This document shows, piece after piece, positions 37,035 to 46,148 of a stretch of 64,000 nucleotides of DNA. The stretch covers positions 729,702 through 793,701 of the forward strand of contig JAUYID010000009.1 of NCBI GenBank assembly GCA_030704665.1, in the 5' to 3' direction. This stretch comes from a bacterium. GTDB taxonomy: Bacteria > Patescibacteriota > Microgenomatia > Woykebacterales > RBG-16-39-9b. Position 1 is the first letter of the stretch, and each line of letters begins with the position of its first letter. The notes beneath the pieces were generated by a model. It made no database searches. It worked only from the letters and a program-made list of their open reading frames with translations, and was not told the origin of the DNA. A program made the translations under genes and the position numbers.

Positions 37035-39245
37035 CTAGCTAGGGGTGCCTAAACTTAGGTTGCCTTCGTGATCAAGTTTTTTCCACTCTACCGGAGCACC
37101 CTTTAGCAAGGCCCAAAGCGCCTTAAAAAGAGAGATATAAAGAATCGGCTGATAATAAAGTCTTTGCAAGGGCATGAGAATCAAAACCCAGGCAGACTCT
37201 CTCTCAAAAGCAAAGGCAACAATACCAAGAATCAACCTCGTCAAAAGATAGAGACTGAGGTAAATAAGAACGAGCTTGGCGGAAATGAAAAAGAAAGCAA
37301 AGATAGCAAAAAGATCCATCAAGGGCGATAAAAGCATGATCGGGATCTGGACAAAAATTGTAAAGGGCAGAACGAGCCAACCCAAAAAGCCATGGCGGCG
37401 TCTAAAAATTAGGTTGCTGTGAGCCGAAAAGGTCTGAAAGACCCCAAAGGTCCAACGAAACCTTTGGCGGATGAGATCTGAGATTTTGGTCGGCGCCTCG
37501 GTATAGGAAACTGCTTCTTTGTCATAAACTACTCTGAAACCGGCCCTTAAAAGCCGTATCGTCAACTCTGCATCTTCTGTCAGGGTCCTGCCTGAATAAC
37601 CCCCGATTTTTTTCACTACACTACTTCTCCACGCTCCTAGAGCCCCTGGAACCACCAAAATCGAGTTCAGCGCGCTGTAGCCGTTTCGTTCTAGGTTCAG
37701 GTTCATGGTGTACTCAATTGCCTGCAACTTACCGAGGATAGTTTCTCGGTTGCCGACTTTTACATTGCCTGCCACAGCGCCAACTTTGGGATCAGCAAAA
37801 AATTTTACTAAGCTCCCAAGGGCATTTTTGTCGAGATGAGTATCAGCATCAAGAGCGACAAAAACACTTGATCGAACAAACCTCAAGCCATAGTTTAAAG
37901 CAGAAAATTTTCCTCCGTTTTCTTTGGCAAGAACCTTAACTCGGCTGTCTTTCTCAAACTTTTTGGCCAGCCTATTGGTATTGTCCGTGGATCCATCATC
38001 AATGATGAAAAGCTTGAATTTTTTGTAGTTCGAGGCTAGAACCGAATGGATTGTAGCAGCAATCGCTTTCTCTTCGTTGTAAGCCGGTACCAAGACGCTA
38101 ATTGAAGGTCGAAAATTTCCCTTTGCCAAAGTCTTTTTGAAACGAAGCGAGCGGTATGATTCTAAGTTCGCCAAAATGATCAGGAACAAACTGTAAGTCA
38201 GAGTAAAACCGAGGCCAATCAAAAAGACCGGGTCCAGAAGTCTCGGAGACGCCTTGAAGAATTTATACCCTACAACCAAAAGATTACTCGAAACCGACTC
38301 TCTCAATGAGACCCGCGGCATGGTAGCTTTTCCGGACAAAGCAGCCAAAGTTTGAAAACTATAGCCTTGGGATTTGTAATACTTGATGATCTCAGGAAGA
38401 GCAAGAACGGTGTTGCGCCGATCACCTCCGGCATCGTGCAAAAGCAAAACTACTGGGCCTTCAGTACTGGTAGTACTGTTTTGGACGATTTTCTTGATGT
38501 TCCTCTCCTGCCAGTCATTAGAGTCAAGAGTCGGGGTTGATACCAAGTAACCTTTGTCCAAGGCAAAAGTGGTAAGGATCAAACTATCCATCGAAATTTC
38601 GTTCTCTTGACCCCAATATGGGTTGCGAAACAATTTGGGACTAATACCTGTCGCCTGCTCGATCAAATTTTGATTGAAATCAATCTCAAAATTAACTCTA
38701 TTCAAGCGCTCCATAGGGTTTTGACCAATAGCAACGTGAGAGAAAGTGTGATTTCCCAACTCAAATCCGTTTTCAACAATTTTTTTAACCAATTCCGGAT
38801 ATTTCAAAACCTGACTCCCAACAACAAAAAATGTTGCGGAAACATTTTCTTTCTTGAGTATTTCAAGAATTTTTGGAGTGTAGTTCGGGTCTGGACCATC
38901 GTCAAATGACAAAACTACTGTTTTTTCTTTGTTCGATTTTTCCCTGTTGATTGAGTAGGTATTTTTTTCTTGGTCCGCGTTTATTTGAATAATTGTCCCA
39001 GAACCGTGGACCGAAATTTCCCCCGGTGTTTTTTTACTAATTTTGTCTATCACATCTCGGTTTGTTTCCCCTTGGATTTTCGTTAGTTTATTTCTAGCTC
39101 CTCCAAAAAACTCCCAGAGTACCAAACCGGCCACAAGAGCAAGAGCAAAACCCAAGACCAAAAAAGCCAAGCAAAAAGTCTTCCAGCGTCGACCGGACTC
39201 GTCAAGAAAGACAAATTTTTGATTTGACAATACACTTTTTGCCAT
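37035..39245 (-). CDS. bifunctional polysaccharide deacetylase (NodB/CE4) and family-2 processive glycosyltransferase (PgaC/IcaA-like)
   Basis: CE4 motifs VVLSFDDGPDP...GNHTFSHV. GT2 region LVPAYNEE...IIDDGSTDNT and Q(R)xRW (QRFRWTFG). Multiple TM helices at both ends. Confidence 0.8.
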   Translation of the reverse strand: MAKSVLSNQKFVFLDESGRRWKTFCLAFLVLGFALALVAGLVLWEFFGGARNKLTKIQGETNRDVIDKISKKTPGEISVHGSGTIIQINADQEKNTYSINREKSNKEKTVVLSFDDGPDPNYTPKILEILKKENVSATFFVVGSQVLKYPELVKKIVENGFELGNHTFSHVAIGQNPMERLNRVNFEIDFNQNLIEQATGISPKLFRNPYWGQENEISMDSLILTTFALDKGYLVSTPTLDSNDWQERNIKKIVQNSTTSTEGPVVLLLHDAGGDRRNTVLALPEIIKYYKSQGYSFQTLAALSGKATMPRVSLRESVSSNLLVVGYKFFKASPRLLDPVFLIGLGFTLTYSLFLIILANLESYRSLRFKKTLAKGNFRPSISVLVPAYNEEKAIAATIHSVLASNYKKFKLFIIDDGSTDNTNRLAKKFEKDSRVKVLAKENGGKFSALNYGLRFVRSSVFVALDADTHLDKNALGSLVKFFADPKVGAVAGNVKVGNRETILGKLQAIEYTMNLNLERNGYSALNSILVVPGALGAWRSSVVKKIGGYSGRTLTEDAELTIRLLRAGFRVVYDKEAVSYTEAPTKISDLIRQRFRWTFGVFQTFSAHSNLIFRRRHGFLGWLVLPFTIFVQIPIMLLSPLMDLFAIFAFFFISAKLVLIYLSLYLLTRLILGIVAFAFERESAWVLILMPLQRLYYQPILYISLFKALWALLKGAPVEWKKLDHEGNLSLGTPS

Positions 39246-39361
39246 AAAAACAACTATTTAACTGGTAACTAGGCAGAAATGATCTCTTCTCCGTAGGAGG
39301 CAAAGTCATTATAAACCTAATTAAACTGAAATTCTACTGGAAAAATAGTTTGATTTTCAGC

Positions 39362-40507
39362 TCAGAACACCTCACAATTTTGGTTGTTTTCTCCGTTCAA
39401 GCAGGTGTCTGTTTGTGCTCCACCATCGTTTTTATCTGAACCATTCCCTGCATCAAGAAAATCCTCCCCAGAACCTCCGGAAAGCCCGTCGCTACCTGGT
39501 CCACCAAACAATTTATCGTTGCCACTGCTGCCATTTAGACTATCGGAGCCTTCGGCACCAAACAATTCATCCGCACCAGAGCCCGCTTGCAGCGAATCAC
39601 TGTCCTGACCACCAAGGAGAATGTCCTGACCGGGCCCACCTTTCAACTTATCACCGCCGTCTCCACCAACAAGGCAATCGTTACCACCTTTACCCTCAAT
39701 AAGATCTCCCCCACCAAAACCAAAAATCAAGTCGTTGCCGGCAGTTCCGATCAGCCTATCGGAGGCCTCAGTTCCCAAAATAGGCTCTCCGGAAAACTCA
39801 ATATCACTACATTCTAAAGGAGCACTCGAAATTTCACCAGTTGAAAGTCGATTACTCTCTAAAATTACACTACTTTTGAAGAGACTAAAGGCAGGAACAG
39901 CAAAGAGCAAAAAAATAAGTACAAGAGCCGGCGCAGTTAAAACTCTGGTATTTAGTTTCTCCTTTTTCTTTTTTTTCATTCTCTTCATTTCCTCGGCAAT
40001 AACCAAAAATTCATGGAGAATAACAAAACTAGCTGGAATGATTACAAGAATAAATAGCCCGGGGAAGCTGCCAAGAAAGGCAGCCAACACTCCCAAAAGG
40101 GGAGCTGAAAAAACGACTTTTCCAAAAATATTTCTGTCTCGGATCAGTGTCGAATCTGGGCCTTGATTAGCATCTCCCTTGGTTTGATAATAAGTGATTC
40201 CATCTTTCTCAACTATCTTGTTAATTCTGTGAGTAATTAAACTCTGCGTTCCTGCCGACTGAAAGCTGACGACTTCCCCTGTTTCATAGTTTTTGTTTTT
40301 ATCACTGAAAATACTTTTTTCTGGAAAAACAACCAAAAGTGAATTTATCGGAAGGTTTGGACTCATACTTCCTGTTTTTACCACCAACAATCGAACCCAG
40401 TTTAAAGCAGAGAGGGTAAGTACCAGGGTGATGGTAAAAATAAAAACTATGAAAACTGAGTTAAAGGCTTTTACAATCATAAACTCTTTACCCGGCTGGT
40501 TCCGCAA
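39362..40507 (-). CDS. SipW-type (ER/archaeal-type) signal peptidase I fused to C-terminal RTX repeats
   Basis: Three S26 boxes: nucleophile VKTGSMSPNLPINSLLVV, His box LITHRI, and TKGDANQGPD. Three TM helices. About 10 GGxGxDxLx nonapeptides (GTAGNDLIFGFGGGDLIEGKGGNDCLVGGDGGDKL...). Confidence 0.7.
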   Translation of the reverse strand: MRNQPGKEFMIVKAFNSVFIVFIFTITLVLTLSALNWVRLLVVKTGSMSPNLPINSLLVVFPEKSIFSDKNKNYETGEVVSFQSAGTQSLITHRINKIVEKDGITYYQTKGDANQGPDSTLIRDRNIFGKVVFSAPLLGVLAAFLGSFPGLFILVIIPASFVILHEFLVIAEEMKRMKKKKKEKLNTRVLTAPALVLIFLLFAVPAFSLFKSSVILESNRLSTGEISSAPLECSDIEFSGEPILGTEASDRLIGTAGNDLIFGFGGGDLIEGKGGNDCLVGGDGGDKLKGGPGQDILLGGQDSDSLQAGSGADELFGAEGSDSLNGSSGNDKLFGGPGSDGLSGGSGEDFLDAGNGSDKNDGGAQTDTCLNGENNQNCEVF

Positions 40508-40534
40508 CCGCGGAACCAGCCTAAAATCTAGACA

Positions 40535-41074
40535 TTAAGGTACGACTTGGGTTCCAGTAAAGACTACATCATACTGAATACTCTTGTTGGAGGCACTGTT
40601 TGTCGCTGAACCACTGAGGGTTTGTTTGATGTTGCATCCGACTTCTGCGTCAGGAGCAATAGTTACAATAGTTGTCCCAGGAAAAGGGGCGTCCAAAGTC
40701 CCACTCACTACCCCGCTACCACAATCTAGTGCAACTGTTACCAGACTTGGATCAAGGGCACCCGAGTCGATAGAGGTTGCGGCAGTGATATCAAGACTAA
40801 TCGCACTGTCACTGTTGTTTTTCAGACAAAATGGTAATACCTCTTCCTGCCCAGGGGCCAAATCGTCTGAATCAATCCCCGGAGTTGAGCTTGCAAAACT
40901 ACCACACGCTGAACCAGTCCATTCCGCTATTTGCAGATCGGCATCACCAGTACTTAAGGTGTTGTTGGATAGAGTCGCAGTGTCAGTAAAAACAGCTAAA
41001 GTGATTCCCACAACCGCAGCTAGGGTTGCGGCAATGGTGAGAAAACCAAAAGCTACTCTTTTGTTTATTGCCAT
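40535..41074 (-). CDS. TasA/camelysin-like protein with SipW-cognate signal peptide
   Basis: N-terminus MAINKRVAFGFLTIAATLAAVVGITLAVFTDTATLSNNTLSTG matches the SipW-cognate signal class (A-x-F-T/N-D motif). 179 aa. Confidence 0.6.
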   Translation of the reverse strand: MAINKRVAFGFLTIAATLAAVVGITLAVFTDTATLSNNTLSTGDADLQIAEWTGSACGSFASSTPGIDSDDLAPGQEEVLPFCLKNNSDSAISLDITAATSIDSGALDPSLVTVALDCGSGVVSGTLDAPFPGTTIVTIAPDAEVGCNIKQTLSGSATNSASNKSIQYDVVFTGTQVVP

Positions 41075-41326
41075 TTATTTCTCACCTCCTCTCCCCTTCA
41101 ACCAATTTCTTTTTGAAAATTGGCATAAAAAAACCAACTGTCCTGTTTCGGCTCGTTGGTTACTATTTTTTTGTAAGCAGATATTTTGGACAGTCATGGC
41201 AGCAAACTTTTGGCAGGATTTTTAATATAGGCCTCTCCTTGGCGGTCGGCTGTACAGTTTTTACTTAACGATCAGGAAATTTTGAATGCGAAGTGAGTAT
41301 AAACTATCGCAAAGTGGAGGTGTCAA
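41075..41326 (-). promoter_or_regulatory. promoter (TTGACA-17-TTTATA) plus conserved 5' leader with attenuator hairpin (copy B)
   Basis: -35 at 41321-41326 and -10 at 41298-41303 (minus strand). GGCGGTCGGCT lies exactly 177 nt from the start codon in both copies. Confidence 0.45.
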
Positions 41327-41382
41327 CTAGGTCTATTTGTATCTTTTTGCTTGGATGAGTGCTGAGAGGATTTTGGTTTAAA

Positions 41383-42465
41383 CTAGGTGCACGTCTTACC
41401 GTGGGCAGCTGTTACAAAACCTTGGTCAGTGGAGTTTATGTAGCCATCAAGGTTCAAGTCATATCTCTTTCTGTAATAATTCCCGGAGGAGCTTTTAGTT
41501 CCCTTGTAGTCTGCTCCAATGTATTTAGCCAAAAGTAACTGATCAGCAGAGGTTACTTTTTTGTCACTATTGAAGTCTATTGGCCAAGCGCTTGATCCAC
41601 AGGCTGCTGTCGGACTGGTCCCCATATGTGACTCCGCCGCATCTCCAAAGCTATCTCCATCACTATCTTTTTTGAGAGTCCTGGCTTCTTTAGTTACTGA
41701 TGTATTGTTATTACTTGTATCGTCCACACCTACTCTAATTTGATACTTCGAACTATCCCGTAAATTCGACCACGTTTGAGTTGTCTCTAATGAAAGGGGC
41801 GAACAGATCCCCGAACTTCCTCCTCCGGTTGGACCATTAGGAGGATTGTAGTCCTCATAATACTTTGGATCAACAAGGTCAGAAGAAGAGGTACAAACAT
41901 AATAACCAGAAATCCCAACGTTATCTGTCGCCGACCATTTCCAAGTAATCGAGTTGGTAGTGATATTTGTGGCGTTTACCGTCAGAACAGGTGGGGTAGT
42001 ATCCTTTGAAAGAACCGTAAAAGCCTGGGTTGAAGCTGTGGTACATCCCCCAGTTACACAAGAAACGGTCCAATAGTAGGTGGTGCCAACTGTCAATTGG
42101 CTTGGTGGGGTTCCGTAGCTTGCACTACTCCAACCACCAAAGTTTGTCGAGTTGACTCCGCTGCTACCATACACATCCTTGTACCAAGATCCTGAGTAAA
42201 AATTCCCATTATAGGCCCGGAGATAAACTCGATATTTTGTGGTGTAGCAGTAACAGTTCCAACTAAAGGTTGGCGTAGTACTGTAGGTACTGTAGGCTGG
42301 AGTTAAGCTTGAAGGTTTTCCAGTTGCGGCCTGAGGAGTAAGTGAGCGCACACCATAAACTGCAAAAACAGTAATCGGTATTGAAATGAGAATAATGAGA
42401 GAGGCAAGAATTCCTAGGTTTATGCTTTTGAGAGTAAATTTGTGATCTTCTTGTTCATCGTTCAT
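41383..42465 (-). CDS. secreted protein with fibronectin-III-like region and C-terminal dockerin-like repeats
   Basis: N-terminal TM/signal. Dockerin-type D-x-N-x-D-G motifs (DLNLDGYINSTD; DFNSDKKVTSADQLLL). Confidence 0.55.
   Translation of the reverse strand: MNDEQEDHKFTLKSINLGILASLIILISIPITVFAVYGVRSLTPQAATGKPSSLTPAYSTYSTTPTFSWNCYCYTTKYRVYLRAYNGNFYSGSWYKDVYGSSGVNSTNFGGWSSASYGTPPSQLTVGTTYYWTVSCVTGGCTTASTQAFTVLSKDTTPPVLTVNATNITTNSITWKWSATDNVGISGYYVCTSSSDLVDPKYYEDYNPPNGPTGGGSSGICSPLSLETTQTWSNLRDSSKYQIRVGVDDTSNNNTSVTKEARTLKKDSDGDSFGDAAESHMGTSPTAACGSSAWPIDFNSDKKVTSADQLLLAKYIGADYKGTKSSSGNYYRKRYDLNLDGYINSTDQGFVTAAHGKTCT
42242..42374. repeat. 133-bp exact direct repeat, copy 1 (inside the 41383 gene)
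   Basis: Identical to 43257-43389. Flanking sequence continues at lower identity. Confidence 0.8.
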
Positions 42466-42472
42466 TTTAAAT

Positions 42473-43498
42473 TCACTGGCATCTCTGTCCTACATACTTC
42501 GCAAGAGCTTCCGAATCTTTCGAGTTCAAAACATTATCACCTGGGTAAAATTCATATCTTCTTATATTCGCTGGTGGGCTAGCTATTGCCTTGTATAACA
42601 AAAACTGGTCTGCTGAGGAAACAACTTTGTCCCCATTCAAGTCTGGTGGCCAAGCAGAAGCTCCACCACATTTTAAGTTAGGATTGGTACCCATCCAGAT
42701 TTCAACCCCGTTTAACCACCCATCACCATCACTGTCTATATCATCTGTCCTAATACCTCCTGACCTGCCACCCACATTTCCTGCTGCATCATAAGCTCTG
42801 ATATTGTAGTAATAAAGTGTATTCGGAGTAAGGTTGTTGTAGGTATATGACGTTATACCTGACCCCAAAGGAATAATCCCTGTGGAAGTCTCAGTAGTAA
42901 CTCCTAAAGAGATGTCTTGGCGAACAACTCCAACATTATCATAAGTACTCCAGTAAAAAGTAAGTGAAGTTGGCTTGGTCAGGGTTGTACCCATAGAAAC
43001 TTCAGGTGGCGAGGTGTCTTTCGTAAGGACGGTGAATGCCTGAGTTGCTGAAGTCTTACACCCACCAGTCACACAACTAACCGCCCAATAATAAGTTTTT
43101 CCAGCGGTGAGAGAAGCTGGGGCCGATTTGTAATTGTTGTTGATCCAGCCGCCAAAGATAGTAGAATTTTTTCCGCTCGTCCCAAAAACTTCTTTGTACC
43201 AAGACCCAGCATAGAAATTGCCATCTCCTTCACGAAGATAAACTCTATATTTGGTCGTGTAGCAGTAACAGTTCCAACTAAAGGTTGGCGTAGTACTGTA
43301 GGTACTGTAGGCTGGAGTTAAGCTTGAAGGTTTTCCAGTTGCGGCCTGAGGAGTAAGTGAGCGCACACCATAAACTGCAAAAACAGTAACGGGAATGGCG
43401 GCAAAGATAACCAAAACACCAACCAAAGCCAGCTTCGTTGATCGAGTCTGGTGCTCAAATCTTTCCAACAAACGGTTGATTGTTTTGGCAGGATTCAT
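42473..43498 (-). CDS. paralog of the 41383 gene (FN3-like plus dockerin-like)
   Basis: N-terminal approx 150 aa are near-identical to the neighbour (VFAVYGVRSLTPQAATGKPSSLTPAYSTYSTTPTFSWNCYCYTTKY). DLNGDKVVSSADQFLL dockerin motif. Confidence 0.55.
   Translation of the reverse strand: MNPAKTINRLLERFEHQTRSTKLALVGVLVIFAAIPVTVFAVYGVRSLTPQAATGKPSSLTPAYSTYSTTPTFSWNCYCYTTKYRVYLREGDGNFYAGSWYKEVFGTSGKNSTIFGGWINNNYKSAPASLTAGKTYYWAVSCVTGGCKTSATQAFTVLTKDTSPPEVSMGTTLTKPTSLTFYWSTYDNVGVVRQDISLGVTTETSTGIIPLGSGITSYTYNNLTPNTLYYYNIRAYDAAGNVGGRSGGIRTDDIDSDGDGWLNGVEIWMGTNPNLKCGGASAWPPDLNGDKVVSSADQFLLYKAIASPPANIRRYEFYPGDNVLNSKDSEALAKYVGQRCQ
43257..43389. repeat. 133-bp exact direct repeat, copy 2 (inside the 42473 gene)
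   Basis: Identical to 42242-42374. Confidence 0.8.
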
Positions 43499-43547
43499 CT
43501 TTTTAATTATGGCTAACAGTTGTTCTGCTTGTCAAGTTTTCATTTAT

Positions 43548-44315
43548 CTAGCTACCAAAACCAATAACTTCAATGATTTTGGGGTGCAGTTTTGGGCCCG
43601 CGGCGACAAACTCAGTTGAATCAATAGTCCAGATTTTCCCGGCCAGATCAGTAACGAGACCACCAGCCTCGATCACTGCCAGGGAAGTGGCGGCATAGTC
43701 CCATTTTGAGGCTCCAGTGGAAATAAAAGCTTCAGTCTCGCCAATGGCAACCAGAGCTCCTTGGACGACTTGACTGCCGAAAATTCGAGCGGTGCGGGTT
43801 TTGGTGATGAAACGCGAAAAAATTTCGGCTGTTTTTTTCCTGACTTCCTCGCCCGGACCATAGCCAAACGAGAGTAGACTGTACTCAAGTTCGTCTTTTT
43901 CCGACACATGTATTCTTTTTCCGTTCAAAAAAGTTCCTTTTCCTTTTTCGGCAGTAATCATTTTGTCCCAAGCTGGTAAATTTATAACCGCAAGCAGAGG
44001 CTCTTTGTTTTTGTAGAGAGCAATCGAGGTGGCAAACATTGGGATGTGTGAATGGTAGTTGGTCGTCCCGTCGATTGGGTCCACTATCCAAAGATATTCA
44101 GAATCTCCAACCCCAATCTGGCCTTCTTCTTCCCCGAGAATTTTGTGGTTCGGATAGTCGGCCAGAATAATCTCGCGAATCATCCCTTCGGCGTTTTTGT
44201 CCGCAACGGTCACGAGCGTGTGGTCGGCTTTTCTTTCTTCTTTGAGAACTTGGTCATAATAACCAAGAATGATTTTTTCTGCTTCTTTCGCTGCTTTAAT
44301 GGCGGTTTGTAGCAT
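43548..44315 (-). CDS. inositol monophosphatase family protein (IMPase/FBPase-like)
   Basis: WIVDPIDGTTNY and GxxKWDxAA motifs. Confidence 0.8.
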   Translation of the reverse strand: MLQTAIKAAKEAEKIILGYYDQVLKEERKADHTLVTVADKNAEGMIREIILADYPNHKILGEEEGQIGVGDSEYLWIVDPIDGTTNYHSHIPMFATSIALYKNKEPLLAVINLPAWDKMITAEKGKGTFLNGKRIHVSEKDELEYSLLSFGYGPGEEVRKKTAEIFSRFITKTRTARIFGSQVVQGALVAIGETEAFISTGASKWDYAATSLAVIEAGGLVTDLAGKIWTIDSTEFVAAGPKLHPKIIEVIGFGS

Positions 44316-46074
44316 GTAAAACCCTTTCTTGAAGATTCAGCATTTCTTCTTCTATCCTTTTTGCTAAAGAGTCGACTTGGTTTTTTGTTTGACTCAAATC
44401 TCCCGCCACTTTTTGTTGGTGCTGTATATAATATTTGATCTTTGGCTCAGTTCCGGAAGGCCTAGCAGTGACCTTTGTTTTTTCATCTTCAGAGAGAATA
44501 AAGGTAATTTGGTCTCCAGTAGCTCCACAAACATAGTTTTCCGCCCTTCTTTGTTCTGCGGGTAAACGGTCAATGGTTTTCAAAACCTTTAGTCCAGCGA
44601 TCTCAAGTGGGGGTTTTGTTCGCAAGGAAAGCATAATTTTGGCTCTATTTTCAAAACCAACCCGACCCTGCATCTCAACCATATTTAGGATGTTTTTGTA
44701 GTAGCTGTATTTTTGATAAATTTCATCTAAGTAATTAACTAGAGTTTTTCCCTGATCTTTAAGAAAACTAGTAAGTTCAGCTAAAGTAAGAGCGGCAATT
44801 GCTGCATCTTTGTCGCGCACAAAACTAGAGCGCAGATAACCAAGGCTTTCTTCGGCGGCGAAAACAAAATCATTCTTATCTTCAAGTTTTCCAATCACTT
44901 CACCGATAAATTTGAAGCCAACGAGTAGATCATCAATGACTTTCACTCCGTAGCCTGCAGCGATATCGGAAATAAGGTTGGTGGTTTCGTAAGTTTCCAC
45001 GACTAACGAGTCTCTCGAGAGTTTATTTTGCAGTTTTAGCTGTTCCAAAACAAAGGACGCCAGGACTACCCCTACTTGATCACCATTGAGAAATTGGACT
45101 TTGTTTGAGTCGTGGGTAACCTTTGAGGCCACCCCAATTCGATCGGCATCAGGGTCGGAATTAACAACGAGATCGGCAGCGATCTTCTCTCCCAGCGCTA
45201 CCGCTAGACTCATCACTTGTGGGTATTCTGGGTCAACTAAACCGTTCGGAGCAGTTGGGAATTTTTCATCGGGGCTGGCTTGTTCAGGTACTACTACAAC
45301 TTCGAAACCTTCTGCTTTCAAAACAGGTAAGACGTTATTTACGCCTGCTCCATGCATTGGGCTAAAAACGATTTTAGCACTACGAGTTTTGGTGAGTGAA
45401 AGTCCCCGAATCGCTGTCAAATACGGTTCGTCTACTTCATTTCCTACCATTTGGATCAGACCTTTTTCGAGCGCTGAAGAAAAATCTGTCGTTTTGATGC
45501 TATCGACTTTTTTGACCTGTTCCATAAATTTTAAATCTAACGGAGGGACTACCTGACCGCCATCACTCCAGTAGAATTTAAAGCCATTATCGGCTCTAGG
45601 GTTGTGGGAAGCAGTGATCTGAACTCCAGCGGCAGTTTTCAAAAAACGAACCGCAAAAGAAACCTCTGGGGTGGAGCGGAGAGAATTGAAAAGATAAGCT
45701 TTAATTCCGTTAGCTGCAAAAACACTACAACAAAGTTGGGCAAAAGGTAGCGACATTTTCCGGGCTTCATAACCAACTATAACTCCTTTTGCTTTTAGCT
45801 CCTCACCAAAATCTTTGATAAAGTTCGCCAATCCTTGGGCCGCTTCTCCAATAGTTTGAAGGTTAATTCGATTTGGTCCAGAACCCACTTTGCCCCGTAT
45901 CCCGCCTGTACCAATTTGGATATGAGTGTAAAAGGCGTCTTCAAGTTCTTCAAAGTCTTTGTTGGAAATTAATTTGTTTATTTCCTCCCGAAAGTCCGAA
46001 TACTGGGGTTCGTTTAACCATTTTTCTAGGTTGTTGAATGCCTCAGGAGAAAGTCTGTTTTTTAGTTCATCCAT
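44296..46074 (-). CDS. phosphoglucomutase/phosphomannomutase (alpha-D-phosphohexomutase)
   Basis: Active-site GVQITASHNP and metal loop NSDPDADR. 592 aa. Confidence 0.8.
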   Translation of the reverse strand: MDELKNRLSPEAFNNLEKWLNEPQYSDFREEINKLISNKDFEELEDAFYTHIQIGTGGIRGKVGSGPNRINLQTIGEAAQGLANFIKDFGEELKAKGVIVGYEARKMSLPFAQLCCSVFAANGIKAYLFNSLRSTPEVSFAVRFLKTAAGVQITASHNPRADNGFKFYWSDGGQVVPPLDLKFMEQVKKVDSIKTTDFSSALEKGLIQMVGNEVDEPYLTAIRGLSLTKTRSAKIVFSPMHGAGVNNVLPVLKAEGFEVVVVPEQASPDEKFPTAPNGLVDPEYPQVMSLAVALGEKIAADLVVNSDPDADRIGVASKVTHDSNKVQFLNGDQVGVVLASFVLEQLKLQNKLSRDSLVVETYETTNLISDIAAGYGVKVIDDLLVGFKFIGEVIGKLEDKNDFVFAAEESLGYLRSSFVRDKDAAIAALTLAELTSFLKDQGKTLVNYLDEIYQKYSYYKNILNMVEMQGRVGFENRAKIMLSLRTKPPLEIAGLKVLKTIDRLPAEQRRAENYVCGATGDQITFILSEDEKTKVTARPSGTEPKIKYYIQHQQKVAGDLSQTKNQVDSLAKRIEEEMLNLQERVLHATNRH

Positions 46075-46148
46075 GGTTAAATTGAGTATATACCGCTAAA
46101 GCGTCATGTAATTGAAATTATAGCAGATCGTCTGTTCGAAAGAGGGGT

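Noticed and set aside
39362-40507. RTX repeats implying a type I secretion substrate exported by the nearby MacB-like ABC system
   Set aside because: The RTX region is fused to a polytopic membrane peptidase rather than a soluble toxin. No membrane-fusion or outer-membrane component is present, and the organism appears monoderm.
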